Shown here piece by piece: positions 20,612 to 31,520 of a stretch of DNA of 64,000 nt; the stretch's first letter is position 1, and every line of letters starts with the position of its first letter. A model generated the notes under the pieces. It was not told the DNA's origin, did no database searches, and saw only the letters and a program-made list of their open reading frames with translations. The stretch is taken from contig CAWJMB010000001.1 of NCBI GenBank assembly GCA_963843845.1, forward strand, positions 32,001 to 96,000. Direction: 5' to 3'. The stretch comes from an uncultured Gemmatimonadaceae bacterium (GTDB lineage: Bacteria; Gemmatimonadota; Gemmatimonadetes; Gemmatimonadales; Gemmatimonadaceae). The translations under genes and the position numbers were made by a program.

Positions 20612-21576
20612 CGACCGCGCGTCGAGTCGGCCGCGCGGGCCGCCGCGACCTCGGGATGGATCGCGTCGCGCAGCGCCCGCAGCGCATCCCCGATGTGGGC
20701 GCCCGGCCGGCTCAGCAGGTTCGCCGGCACCGCGACGACGCGCCCCTCGCGTGCCGCGCGCAGATCGCGCCACCCCGGCCGCCCGGCGAGCGTCGCCGCG
20801 GCACTCGCGCGGAACTCGCCGACCGGCAGCACGATGACGTCCGGCGCGCGGCGCACGATCTCCTCCATCGACACGTTCGGCCAGAGCGCCGTCTGGTCAT
20901 CGAACACCGAGCGGCCGCCGGCGAGGCCGATGAGCTGCCCGATGAACGTCGCCGGACCGGCCGTCATCGGCGGGTCGGGGAACACGACGTACAGCACGTT
21001 CGGCCGCGGCCGCCCTGCGACCGAGAGCCGCACGGAGTCGAACTGCGCGTGCAGCCGCGCGTCGAGCGCGGCGGCGGCCGAGTCGCGCGCCATCAGCCGG
21101 CCCAGGGTGCGCAGGCCGCGGAAGATGTCGGTCGTGTCCTCGGTGCGGAGCGAGAGGACGGGGATGCCGAGCGCGGTGAGCTTGTGCGCCGTCGCGCGGC
21201 GCTTGTCGTTCTCCCAGGCGAGCACGACGTCCGGCCTCAGCGCGACGATCGCCTCCACGCTCGGGTCGAGCCCGCCGCCGACCGACGGCACGTCCTTCAG
21301 TTCCGGCGCGACGTCGTAGCGCGTGCGGCCGACGAGACGGTCGGTCGCGCCCAACGCGATGATCGTCTCGGTGACGCTCGGGATGAGCGACACGATGCGC
21401 CGCGCCGGCCCGGCGAGCGCGACCGGGCGCCCGCCGTCGTCGGTGACGCGCACCGCGGTGTCGCGCGCCACGCTCGCGGCATCGTCCGCCGCGCGCGGCG
21501 CGCGCGGCGCGCGCGACTCCGCGGAACACGCGGCGGCGAACGCGATGACGAGCAGAGACGCGCAGGACCGAAACAC
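20608..21576 (-). CDS. Cobalamin-binding lipoprotein (BtuF-like)
   Basis: AGGAGG RBS 9 nt before GTG, lipobox FAAAC, RIVSLIPSVTE, PSVEAIVALRPD, LSRPG. Confidence 0.88.
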   Translation of the reverse strand: MFRSCASLLVIAFAAACSAESRAPRAPRAADDAASVARDTAVRVTDDGGRPVALAGPARRIVSLIPSVTETIIALGATDRLVGRTRYDVAPELKDVPSVGGGLDPSVEAIVALRPDVVLAWENDKRRATAHKLTALGIPVLSLRTEDTTDIFRGLRTLGRLMARDSAAAALDARLHAQFDSVRLSVAGRPRPNVLYVVFPDPPMTAGPATFIGQLIGLAGGRSVFDDQTALWPNVSMEEIVRRAPDVIVLPVGEFRASAAATLAGRPGWRDLRAAREGRVVAVPANLLSRPGAHIGDALRALRDAIHPEVAAARAADSTRGR

Positions 21577-21721
21577 GAAACCCGTCCTCCTGATGGAGAG
21601 ACGGGTGCGGGAGCCGACGCTCGACGGGCACGCGGTCGCGACGTGAAGAGACAGAACGTCGCGCGTGCCGACCGGTCGTTCACCCCGCACCCCTCCCTCG
21701 AGGGGCCTGCTGTGCGGGCGC

Positions 21722-21905
21722 GACCGGGGCCGGTCTCCTGACTCGAGGCAGCGTCGCTCGCCTTCCCATCCCCGAGGAACAGTGGCGTGCCGAGCGGGCC
21801 GTGCGGTCGCACCTCGCGGTGCGCTCGCGCCTCTCACAGTGGCGGGGCCGTGCCGGACTCTCACCGGCTTCCTACAATGGCCCCGTTCGCGCGTTCAGTT
21901 GTGGG
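21722..21905 (-). ncRNA. Cobalamin riboswitch
   Basis: Minus strand GGAAGCCGGTGAGAGTCCGGCACGGCCCCGCCACTGT...GCCACTG...TGGGAAGG...AGTCAGGAGACCGGCC (B12 box), upstream of the btu-cob operon; ends approximate. Confidence 0.95.
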
Positions 21906-21917
21906 TCGTACTCTAAC

Positions 21918-22966
21918 TCACCGCTCGACTCGTGCAAGCGCGCCCGGTGCGAGCGCGTCGCCGAGCCGGCGGTCGGTCGTGAGATACCCGCGCACGTAGT
22001 CGGCGACGGCGTCGGCGAGCGGCGTGACCGGCGCGTCGTAGCCGGTCGCGCGCAGCTTCGCGATGTCGGCCTGCGTGTGATACTGGTACTTGTCGCGGAT
22101 CGACTCGGGCATGTCGATGAACTCGATCCGCGGCGGCGTGCCCGAGCGCCGCGAACAGCGCGCCCGGCGAGGTCGAGCCAGGTGCTCGCGACGCCGCTCC
22201 CGAGGTTGTACAGCCCGCTGCGCGCTCGGCGCCGCGGCGAGGTGCAGTGTCATGGCGACGGCGTCCTTCACGTAGAGGAAATCGCGCCTCTGCTCGCCGT
22301 CGCGCGTAGTCGGGGCGGTGGCTGCGGAAGAGCCGCACGCTGCCCGGTCTCGCGCACCTGCGCCGTACGCCTTGTGCACGAGCGACCGCATGTCGCCCTT
22401 GTGGTCCTCGTTCGGGCCGAAGACGTTGAAGTACTTGAGCCCGACGATCCGGTCGAGGAACCCGGCGCGCGCGGCGTAGAGGTCGAAGAGATGCTTCGAG
22501 TAGCCGTACATGTTCAGCGGCCGCAGCGCCGCGAGCTGCGCCGGCGACTCGTCGGTGTCGCTCATCCCGGCGCGCCGTCGCCGTACGTCGCGGCGGACGA
22601 GGCGTAGACGAAGCGGGCGCCGTTCGCGAGCGACCAGTGCGCGAGCCGCTTCGTGAACTCGTAGTTGTTGCGCATGAGGTAGGTCGCGTCCGCTCCGTGG
22701 TGGCCGAGCAGGCGCCGATGTGGAGGACGACAGTCGAAGCGGCCGAGCGCGCCCCGACTCGAGGCGCGGCAGCAGGTCGTCGGCCTCGAGGTAGTCCTCG
22801 AAGCGCAGCGGCGACGAGGTTGCGCCACTTCTCGTCGGTGCCGAGCCGGTCGCACGACGACGATGCGCTCGGCGCCGCGCGCGTTCAGCGCCCAGACGAG
22901 CGCGCTGCCGATGAAGCCGGCGCCGCCGGTGACGAGGATGCGGGAGTCGGAGAGGTCGCGGTGCAT
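21918..22966 (-). CDS. hldD: ADP-L-glycero-D-manno-heptose 6-epimerase (several frameshifts)
   Basis: ILVTGGAGFIGS, YLMRNNYEFTK, YASSAATYGDG, PLNMYGYSK, LKYFNVFGPNEDHKGDMRS, RDFLYVKD, KYQYHTQAD spread over frames. Confidence 0.9.
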
Positions 22967-22976
22967 GCGGGGAAGC

Positions 22977-23308
22977 CTAACGCCTCGCGGCACGACGCGC
23001 GGTGCCGCCGCGTCGCGCTGCCGAGCCACGCGCCGCCTCTCCGCGTCCACGTCGTCGTACGCCGTCCCCTTCGTACGCGACGAGCACGACCTGCTCGCCG
23101 GCGCGGCGCGCGTCGTCGAACGGCTCCGTCGCCCGGCGGGACTCGACGACGCGGTCCTCGGTGCCGTGCGGGAGCCGCAGCGGCGTCGTCATCGTCTGCA
23201 CCGTCGCGATCGGCGAGTTGCGGCTCGCGGCCGACGAGCTGGATGCCGCGAGCGCGACGAGGGCGAGGCGCGCCAAGGGCCGCGGGGCGAGGACGCGGCA
23301 CATCGGGA
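22977..23308 (-). CDS. Hypothetical small exported protein (probably frameshifted)
   Basis: MCRVLAPRPLARLALVALAASSS signal-like start; fills the gap between YceI and hldD; start approximate. Confidence 0.3.
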
Positions 23309-23398
23309 TCGTGTGCGGGCGTGGCGTGGCCAGTCCGGCCACGCCACACGTTCGGCCCGGCGACCGTTCGCGGAAGTTGGCGCGCGGCCCCGCGCCGC

Positions 23399-24379
23399 CT
23401 AACGCAGCCGCCGCCGCAGCTCGTGGGCGCGTGTCTCCGTCTGGTCGAGGGCGAGCGCCCGCTCCGCACTCGCGAGCGCCGCCGCGCGGTCGCCGGCGAG
23501 CTCGAGGCCGCGGGCGAGCGACGCGTGCGCCGCCGCGGAGCGCGGGGAGAGGTCGACGCCGGCGCGGAGAAGTGCCACGCCGTCGCCGACGCGCCCGCGG
23601 GCGAGCAGCGCCTGCGCGAGCTGGTCGAGCTCCCACGCCGCGCCGGCGATCGAGTCGGCCGGCTGCGCGCGCAGCGTGTGCGCGTACGCCACCATGTCCG
23701 TCGTGCCGTCGCGCTCGATGCGCGCGATCGTCGCGTCGTAGCGACGAACGCGGTCGAAGTCCGTCGTCCACCCCTGCACCTCGAGCGTCACGTCGACGGA
23801 GTCCGCCATCGTCGCGCTGCGGATCGCGTCGAACCAGTCGTTGTGCTTGCTCCCGCCGAGGATGCCGAAGTCCTTGCGCGCGAGGCGCAGCGCGCCTGTG
23901 AAGAAGACGATCGACGAGCCGTGCGGGTCGGCGACCGCGGGCGCCGGCTCGCGGAAGGGGATCGCGACCTCGCGCGTGACGCCGCGCATGGTGAGCGCGC
24001 CTGTCGCGACGAAGCCGTGCGCCGCCGGCGCGATCGCGCGGCTCTGGAAGACGATGTACGGGAACGTCGCGGCGTCGAAGAAGTCGGCGCTGCGCAGGTG
24101 CTCGTCGCGGCGCTTCGAGCCGGTGTTGATGCTCGCCGTCGCGATCGCGACCGTGATCGCGGACGCGGACGGCCTGCCCGGCGTGTACACGATCGTCCCT
24201 CGCACGTCGTCGAACCGCCCGCGCACGGGGTGACCGAGGAAGCCGATCGCGAAGCCGACCTGCGAGTGGCCGGCGTCGATGCGGTACTCGCGGAGCGAGG
24301 TGGCGACTTGCTGGGCGCCGACGTTCGACGCGACGAGGGAGAGCGCGAGACCGAGCGCGGGGGTGACGAGGCGACGCAT
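23399..24379 (-). CDS. YceI family protein with C-terminal TPR-like helices
   Basis: Signal peptide, YRIDAGHSQVGF, SINTG..RDEHLRSADFFDAATFP, GALTMRGVT; tail VDLSPRSAAAHASLA..ALALD. Confidence 0.9.
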   Translation of the reverse strand: MRRLVTPALGLALSLVASNVGAQQVATSLREYRIDAGHSQVGFAIGFLGHPVRGRFDDVRGTIVYTPGRPSASAITVAIATASINTGSKRRDEHLRSADFFDAATFPYIVFQSRAIAPAAHGFVATGALTMRGVTREVAIPFREPAPAVADPHGSSIVFFTGALRLARKDFGILGGSKHNDWFDAIRSATMADSVDVTLEVQGWTTDFDRVRRYDATIARIERDGTTDMVAYAHTLRAQPADSIAGAAWELDQLAQALLARGRVGDGVALLRAGVDLSPRSAAAHASLARGLELAGDRAAALASAERALALDQTETRAHELRRRLR

Positions 24380-24403
24380 GGGAGGAGTGGCGGAGGGCGA
24401 GTG

Positions 24404-25600
24404 TCAGGCGGGCGAGTCGCTCACGAGCACGATCTGCCGGGCGCCGCGGCCGCCCGGGCCCTGTCGGGGCGTCGCGTCGAGCGACCGGACGCCGACGCCG
24501 TCGCTCTTGCGCACCCAGTAGTCGAGCGCGCGGCCCCGCGCGCGGACGACGAGTCGCCAGCAGTCGAACGTCCCCGCGGGCACCGTGACGCGCTCCTCAC
24601 CGACGACGCGGAGCGACGCGCGGTACGAGACGTCGCGCGACACGACGGCCCAGCCGACGATCGAGACGCTTCCCTCCCACCCGCGCGACGGCACGGCGGC
24701 GACGAGGGCGAGCGGGGCGAGCGCGTCGGTGATGTACGGCGCCGCGTCGTCGGGGAGCGATTGCGCGATCGGCCGGCGTACGACGTGCCCGTCGTTCGCT
24801 TCCGCCTGCATCCGCCCGGTCACGCCCTCGGCGGCGAAGCGCTGCTCGATGTCGATGTAGCGGTAGCGCAGATACGGCGAGACGCGCACGTGGCGCGCGA
24901 CGGGGCGCAGCTCCGCCCGCGTCACCCACAGCGATTCGGCCGCCGCTCGCTCGCCGTGGTCGCCGACGCCGCCGCCGCCGCCGGTCCGCGTGGTGACCCG
25001 CCACACCGGCGCCCCGTTCAGCCGCGCGGAGTCGATGCGCGTGACGGTGCGAGCGCCGTCGGCCGCCCGGCCGCGCGCGTCCGTCCAGCGCTCCGTGTAG
25101 GTCAACGTGCGCGGCCGCACGCGGTCCGCCGCGGAGAACCGCACCCCTGCCGGGATCTCTCCGGCCGGCGGCTCGGCCGCGTTCGCGACGCTCGCGAACC
25201 AGCTGTCGCTCACGAGCCAGTCGTCCGACTCGGCCGCGGGCTGCCTGACGGTGCGGTCGCGCGCCGTGAGGCCGGCCGCCGCCACCGCGAGCGCCGCCGC
25301 CACCGCCGCAGCGAGCCGGCCGTACGACCGTCGCGGCGGCGCAGGCATCGCGGGGTCCGGGAGGATCATCCGGTCGCCCCGCGCGCGCGCTGCGAGCACG
25401 CGCCCCAACACGTCCGCCGGCGCTTCGGAGGCGGGGATCCGGCGGGCCGCGTCGCGCAACGCCCGCCGGTCGTCGAGGAGCGCGCGGCACGCGCTGCAGG
25501 CGACGAGGTGCCGCGCGACGCGCGGCGTCACGCGGCGCGTGTCGACGAGTGCGTCCACCGTCGACGGGGAGAGGTGGCGCACGAACGGGAACGGAGACAT
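24404..25600 (-). CDS. Putative zinc-binding anti-sigma factor with extracytoplasmic beta-rich (DUF3108-like) domain
   Basis: HLVACSAC (HxxxCxxC), one TM helix, C-terminal ERVTVPAGTFDCWRL; directly downstream of ECF sigma. Confidence 0.7.
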   Translation of the reverse strand: MSPFPFVRHLSPSTVDALVDTRRVTPRVARHLVACSACRALLDDRRALRDAARRIPASEAPADVLGRVLAARARGDRMILPDPAMPAPPRRSYGRLAAAVAAALAVAAAGLTARDRTVRQPAAESDDWLVSDSWFASVANAAEPPAGEIPAGVRFSAADRVRPRTLTYTERWTDARGRAADGARTVTRIDSARLNGAPVWRVTTRTGGGGGVGDHGERAAAESLWVTRAELRPVARHVRVSPYLRYRYIDIEQRFAAEGVTGRMQAEANDGHVVRRPIAQSLPDDAAPYITDALAPLALVAAVPSRGWEGSVSIVGWAVVSRDVSYRASLRVVGEERVTVPAGTFDCWRLVVRARGRALDYWVRKSDGVGVRSLDATPRQGPGGRGARQIVLVSDSPA

Positions 25601-25608
25601 GACGGACC

Positions 25609-26160
25609 TCAGGCGACGGGGCGGAGCCGGGCGCGCAGCGCGGCGACGGCGCGGTGCAGCCGGACCTCGGACGCGCCGCGGGTGACACCGAGCAGCACGG
25701 CGATCTCGGCGTGCGTGTAGCCCTCGACCTCGCGCAGCACGAACACGACGCGCAGGGCGTCCGGCAGCGCGTCGATCGCGTCGCGGAGCGCGAGCGCGTT
25801 CACCGTGTCGAGCGGGCGCACGTGCGGCAGCGGCGGTGCCGGGGCGCCGGCGCCGGGGGGCTCGTCGATCGACAGCTCGCGCGCGCGCCGCTTCGTGCGC
25901 AGGCGGTTCAGCGCGACGCGGGCGGTGACACGGCGGAGCCACCCGTCGAGCGAGCCCCGCTCCTCGTAGCGCCGCAGCGCTTCGGGGAGCCCGAGGAAGA
26001 CGTCGTGCAACACGTCCTCGGCGTCCGACCGCGCGCCGACGAGTCGGTGCGCGAGCGCGAGCAGCGCGTCGGCGTGCCGCTCGTAGAGCGCGCCGAGCGC
26101 GTCGGGGTCGCCGGCGCGCGTACGGGCGATGAGGTCGGAGTCGTTCGCGATGGCTCGCAC
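25609..26160 (-). CDS. ECF RNA polymerase sigma factor
   Basis: GDPDALGALYERH, DAEDVLHDVF, WLRRV, LPDALRVVFVLREVEGYTHAEIA..LG..RLHRA. Confidence 0.93.
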   Translation of the reverse strand: MRAIANDSDLIARTRAGDPDALGALYERHADALLALAHRLVGARSDAEDVLHDVFLGLPEALRRYEERGSLDGWLRRVTARVALNRLRTKRRARELSIDEPPGAGAPAPPLPHVRPLDTVNALALRDAIDALPDALRVVFVLREVEGYTHAEIAVLLGVTRGASEVRLHRAVAALRARLRPVA

Positions 26161-26272
26161 GGGCTGTGAATGGGGGCTGCGTTCCCAACACCGGCCGAGT
26201 CCGAAAGCTTACACCGCCGTTGACGGCGGCTCTGGCGGGAGCGACCGAGATGGCACTCACATTCACGGCGCC

Positions 26273-26599
26273 GTGCTGGTCGACGAGCTCGAGCACGAGA
26301 CGACGCCCCTCTTCATCCTCGCGCCGCTCGAGGTCGAGCCGCGGCACGGCTGCGAGCTGAGTCGGCTGCTGGAGCAGCGGTCGCGGGGCGTCGTGCGCGT
26401 CCACGCGGCGTCGCGCTCCCGCCTCCTCGTCCGCCTCGACGCCGACGGCCGGATCCGCGGGCGCTGGGTCGAGCAGCCCGGTCGTCGGCGGCGGCGCTAC
26501 TACTCGATCACGGCCGAGGGGAAGCGCGAGCTCCAGCCGCGGCGGCTCACGTGCGGGGCGCGAGCGCGGCCCCCCGTGCGCTCGCGAGCGCGGTGGTGA
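26273..26599 (+). pseudogene. Degenerate PadR family regulator
   Basis: PRHGCEL, EQRSRG, GRIRGRWVE, RRRRYYSITAEGK; usual HGY and LYP motifs substituted. Confidence 0.6.
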
Positions 26600-26719
26600 C
26601 CGCCTCCGAGAAGCGCGTCCACCGCGCGACCTCCGACCGCAGCCGCGTGCGGCCGGCCGGCGTGAGCGCGTCGGCGGTCGTCTCGCGGATCCAGCGGCCG
26701 ACCGGGTACTCTTGGGCGC

Positions 26720-28336
26720 ATGAGCGATTCGCCCGCCGGCGCCGCCCCGCGGGGCCGCGCCATCATGGTCCAGGGGACCTCGTCGCACGCCGGCAAGTCG
26801 ACGCTCGTCGCCGCGCTCTGCCGCCTGTTCGCGCGTGCCGGCTACCGCGTGGCGCCGTTCAAGGCGCAGAACATGTCGAACAACGCCGCGGTCACCGACG
26901 GCGGCGAGATCGGCCGCGCGCAGGCCGTGCAGGCGATGGCGGCCGGCGTCGACCCGACGGTCGACATGAACCCGGTGCTGCTCAAGCCGCAGAGCGACCG
27001 CACGTCGCAGGTCGTGGTGCTGGGAAGGCCGTGGGCGACGACCGGCGCGGTCGACTACTACGCACGGAAGGCGGAGCTGTGGCCGATCGTCACCGGCGCG
27101 CTCGACCGGCTGCGCGCGGCGCACGACGTCGTCGTGATCGAGGGCGCCGGGAGCCCGGCAGAGATCAACCTCGCGCAGTACGACATCGTGAACATGCGCG
27201 TCGCACGCCACGCGAACGCGCCCGTGCTGCTCGTCGGCGACATCGACCGCGGCGGCGTGTTCGCGGCGCTCTACGGCACGGTCGCGCTGCTCACCCCCGA
27301 CGAGCGCGCGCTCGTCCGGGGCTTCGTCATCAACAAGTTCCGCGGCGACCTCTCGCTGCTCACGCCGGGCTACGCGATGCTCGAGGCGCGCTGCGGCGTC
27401 CCGACGTTAGGCACCCTCCCCTATCTCGATCTCTCCGGACTGCCGGCCGAGGACGGCGTCGAGCTGGACGGGCGCGGCCGCATGGTGAGCGCGCGCCCGT
27501 CCGGCGCCGACACGGTGCTCGACGTCGCGATCCTGCGGCTGCCGCGCATCGCGAACGTCGACGAGTTCCAGCCGCTCGCGAACGAGCCGGGCGTGCAGGT
27601 GCGCTTCGTCCGCGACCCGCACGCGCTGGGCGATCCCGATCTCGTCATCGTCCCGGGCACGAAGTCGACGCGCGCCGACCTCGCGTGGCTGCGCGAGCGC
27701 GGGCTCGACGCCGCCGTGCGCGCGCGGCGCGACGCCGGCACCCCGGTCCTCGGCATCTGCGGCGGCTTCCAGATGCTCGGCGCGCGCGTCGCCGATCCGC
27801 TCGGAGCGGACGGCGCGGCCGGCGCGGACGACGGACTCGGGCTGTTGCCGATCGCGACGACGTTCTCGGCGGACAAGATCACGGAGCGCGTCCGCGTGCG
27901 CGTCGCCGCGCCGACCGCGCTGTTCTCGGCAGGCGACGATGTCGCGGAGGCGTACGAGATTCACATGGGACGCAGCGCTCCGCTCCCCGGAGCGATCCTC
28001 GGGGCCGCGCCGTTCACGATCGCGTCGCGAGACGGCGAGCGGGCGAGCGAGGGCGCGGCATCCCTGGACGGGCTGGTCGTCGGGACGTACCTGCACGGCC
28101 TGCTCGAGCATCGCGGCATCCGCCGCGCCCTCCTCGCCTCGCTCGCCACACGGGCCGGCGTCGCCCTGCCCCCGCCGGGCGACGAGCCGCTGCGGTCAGC
28201 AGCGCACGCATTCGACGCACTCGCCGACGCGGTCGAGGACCACCTCGACGTCGGCGCGATCTACGATCTCGTCGGACTCGCGCCGCCGTCGACCCGACCC
28301 GCGCCGAACGGCGACGGGCCGGGTGACGGTGCCTGA
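26720..28336 (+). CDS. cobQ: Cobyric acid synthase
   Basis: MVQGTSSHAGKS, PFKAQNMSNN, EIGRAQ, MNPVLLKP, EGAGSPAEIN, GICGGFQMLG, GTYLHG. Confidence 0.96.
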   Translation: MSDSPAGAAPRGRAIMVQGTSSHAGKSTLVAALCRLFARAGYRVAPFKAQNMSNNAAVTDGGEIGRAQAVQAMAAGVDPTVDMNPVLLKPQSDRTSQVVVLGRPWATTGAVDYYARKAELWPIVTGALDRLRAAHDVVVIEGAGSPAEINLAQYDIVNMRVARHANAPVLLVGDIDRGGVFAALYGTVALLTPDERALVRGFVINKFRGDLSLLTPGYAMLEARCGVPTLGTLPYLDLSGLPAEDGVELDGRGRMVSARPSGADTVLDVAILRLPRIANVDEFQPLANEPGVQVRFVRDPHALGDPDLVIVPGTKSTRADLAWLRERGLDAAVRARRDAGTPVLGICGGFQMLGARVADPLGADGAAGADDGLGLLPIATTFSADKITERVRVRVAAPTALFSAGDDVAEAYEIHMGRSAPLPGAILGAAPFTIASRDGERASEGAASLDGLVVGTYLHGLLEHRGIRRALLASLATRAGVALPPPGDEPLRSAAHAFDALADAVEDHLDVGAIYDLVGLAPPSTRPAPNGDGPGDGA

Positions 28337-28342
28337 CCGGCG

Positions 28343-29159
28343 CTAGCGATTCGCCGAGCCCGGCTCCGCCATCTTGCGGTGCTGCTCGGCCTTGATCGGC
28401 TCGGGCGTCACCTGCGCGAGCACGGCCTGCACCTTGTTCGCGAAGCCGGAGACGACGTGATCCTTGCCCGCCATCATGGCGTCGAAGCCGTCGCGTGCGA
28501 CGTCGGCCGGGTTCGCCTTGTCCGACTGCCCCACCTTCGTGTCGTCGAGGTCCGCGCGGTGGAAGAACTCCGTCTCCGTCGGCCCGGGCTGCAGCGCGGT
28601 GACGGTGACGCCGGTGTCTTTCAGCTCGTTGCGGAGCGCCTCCGAGAACGAGTGCACGAACGCCTTCGACGCGTTGTAGACCGCCTGGAACGCGCCGGGA
28701 ACGAGCGCGGCGATCGACGAGGTGAACAGGATCTTCCCCTCGCCGCGCGCGATCATCGGCGGCAGCAGACGGTGCGTGAGGTGCACCGTGCCGCGCACGT
28801 TGAGGTCGATGACCTCGAAGATCCGGTCGAGCTCCTGGTCGACGAACGCCTTGCCGAGCCCGACGCCGGCGTTGAGCGCGGCGGCATCGAGCTGACGACC
28901 GTCGGCCGCCGAAGCGCGCGGCGAGCCGCTCGACGCCGTCCGCCGTGGTGAGGTCGACCTGCACCGGCTCGACCGAGATGCCTAACGCGCTCAGCTCGGT
29001 CGCCGCGCGATGGATGTCGTCGTCCTCCGCGGCGATGACGAGGTCGAATCCGTTGCGCGCGAAGACGACGGCCAGCTCGCGGCCGATGCCGTGCGAGGCG
29101 CCGGTGATCAGCGCCAGCTTGCGCCCGCCGGTGTCCTGCTGCGTTCCCTGCTCTGCCAT
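28343..29159 (-). CDS. Short-chain dehydrogenase/reductase (frameshift near 28890)
   Basis: [24 protein letters not shown]. Confidence 0.9.
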
Positions 29160-29249
29160 GTCCGAGTCCTCGATACGGGAGACCGCGGCCGCAGTGAAGG
29201 AGTCGTGCCGGCGCGGCGCCGCGGCGCGAAATTGCTTTCATTACGGCGC

Positions 29250-30423
29250 ATGTCTCTGACACGACCCCTGCGGTACGCGATGATCGGCGGCGGTCCGGGC
29301 GCGTTCATCGGCGCCGTGCACCGCCGCGCCGCCGCGCTCGACGGACTCGCGACGCTCGTCGCCGGCGTGTTCTCCTCGCACCTCGATCGGTCACGCGCGC
29401 ACGCCGCCACGCTCGGCGTCCCCCCGGAGCGCGTCTACGCGACCTTCGAGCGAGATGGCCGAGCGCGAGGCCGCGTTGCCGTCGGGCGAACGCATCGACC
29501 TCGTCGTCGTCGTCACGCCGAACCACCTGCACCACGCGGCGGCGCTCCCGTTCGTGGAGCGCGGGTTCCACGTGGTCTGCGACAAGCCGCTCGCGACGAC
29601 GCTGGCCGACGCCGAGTCGCTCTGTCGCCTCGCGGCCGAGCGCGGCGTCGTGTTCGCCGTCACGCACGCGTACACCGGCTACCCGATGGTCAAGCAGGCG
29701 CGCGCGCTCGTCGAGGGCGGCACGTTAGGCACGGTGCGCAAGGTCGTCGCCGAGTACTCGCAGGGGTGGCTCGCGACCGCCGTCGAGCGCACCGGCGTTC
29801 GGCAGGCCGAGTGGCGCACCGACCCGGCCCGCGCGGGGGCGGGCGCGCTCGGCGACATCGGCACGCACGCCGAGCACCTCGCGCGCTACGTGACCGGGTT
29901 GACCCTCGCGCGGCTCCACGCCGACGTCAGCACGTTCGTTCCCGGCCGCCGCGTCGACGACGACGCGAACATCCTCGTGCACTACGACGGCGGCGCGAAG
30001 GGAGTGGTGTCGTGCTCGCAGATCGCGACGGGCGAGGAGAACCGCCTCACGCTGCGCGTGCACGGCACCGACGGCTCGCTCGAATGGGCGCACGACTCGC
30101 CGAACGTGCTCACCGTGCGGCGCGCCGACGCGCCGGCGGCGGTCTACACGCCCGGCCACCCCTTTCTCGCGCCTGCCGCGCGGCGTGCGGCGCGCATGCC
30201 GAGCGGCCACCCGGAAGGGCTGCTCGAGGCGTTCGCGAACGTGTACGGCAACGCGCTCCGCACCATCGCCGCGCGCATCGCCGGCGAGCCGCCCGACCTC
30301 CTCGACCTCGACTTCCCGACCGTGTACGACGGCGCGCTCGGCGTGCACTTCATCGCGCGCGCGCTCGAGAGCGGACGCACCGGCGCGTGGGTCGACGCGC
30401 GCTACACGCCGCCAGGCTCCTGA
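29250..30423 (+). CDS. Gfo/Idh/MocA oxidoreductase (frameshift near 29450)
   Basis: [45 protein letters not shown]. Confidence 0.92.
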
Positions 30424-30446
30424 CGATCCCGATCTCGACCACACCC

Positions 30447-31518
30447 ATGTCCCGTCCAGTCACGCTCTTCACCGGCCAGTGGGCCGACATGCCGCTCGAG
30501 ACGCTCGCCGCGAAGGCCGCGAGCTGGGGCTACGACGGCCTCGAGCTCGCCTGCTGGGGCGACCACTTCGACGTCCGCCGCGCGCTCGCCGAGGACGACT
30601 ACTGCGCGGAGCGGCGCGGCGCTGCTCGCGCGCGCACGGCCTCACGGTCCACGCGATCAGCAATCACCTCGTCGGGCAGGCCGTCTGCGACCGCATCGAC
30701 GCGCGGCACCAGAGCGATCGTCCCGCCGCACGTCTGGGGCGACGGCGATGCCGCACGGCGTGCGCGGCGCGCGCCGCGATCGAGATGCAGGACACCGCGC
30801 GCGCCGCCGCGCGGCTCGGCGTCACGGTCGTGCCCGGGTTCACGGGGTCGCCGATCTGGCATCTGCTCTACGCGTTCCCGCCGGTGCGCCGAGGCGATGA
30901 TCGACGCGGGCTTCGCCGACTTCGGCGCGCGCTGGCGCCCGATCCTCGACACGTTCGCCGAGCAGGGCGTGCGCTTCGCCCTCGAGGTCCACCCCACCGA
31001 GATCGCGTTCGACCTCCCCTCGGCGGCGCGCACGCTCGACGCGGTCGGGGGCCACGCGGCGTTCGGCTTCAACTTCGACCCGAGCCACTTCGCCTATCAG
31101 GGCGTCGACTACATCGCCTTCATCGAGCGTTTCGGCGACCGCATCTTCCACGCGCACATGAAGGACGTGTGGTGGTCCGACGCCGCCGCGCCCGAGCGGC
31201 GTGTTCGGCGGGCACCTCGCGTTCGGCCACCGCGACCGCTCCTGGGACTTCCGATCGCTTCGGCAGCGGACGCGTCGACTTCGAAGGGGTGATCCGCGCG
31301 CTGAACCGCGTCGGCTACGCGGGGCCCGCTGTCGGTCGAGTGGGAGGACCCGGGGATGGACCGCGAGGCAGGCGCGCGCGAGGCGCAGCGCGTTCGTGCG
31401 GCGTCTCGACTTCGCGCCGAGCGGTGCGGCGTTCGACTCGGCGTTCGACTCGTCGTCCGACTCGGCGTCCGGGCCGCGCGCCGTCGCGCCGCGCGGCGCG
31501 ACGCCAGGCGGCGCGTGA
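30447..31518 (+). CDS. Sugar phosphate isomerase/epimerase, xylose-isomerase-like TIM barrel (several frameshifts)
   Basis: [62 protein letters not shown]. Confidence 0.9.
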
Positions 31519-31520
31519 CG

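Noticed and set aside
18716..20773. Apparent BtuC-BtuD fusion (685 aa)
   Set aside because: Frameshift near 19685; the permease C-terminus and stop lie in another frame.
22637..25720. Long Arg/Ala-rich ORFs (this 1027-aa one, 1898..4594, 16254..18737 and others)
   Set aside because: Shadow ORFs of real genes in stop-poor GC-rich DNA.
31430..31470. Short 12-bp repeat encoding [13 protein letters not shown]
   Set aside because: Low-complexity protein tail with no sign of function.
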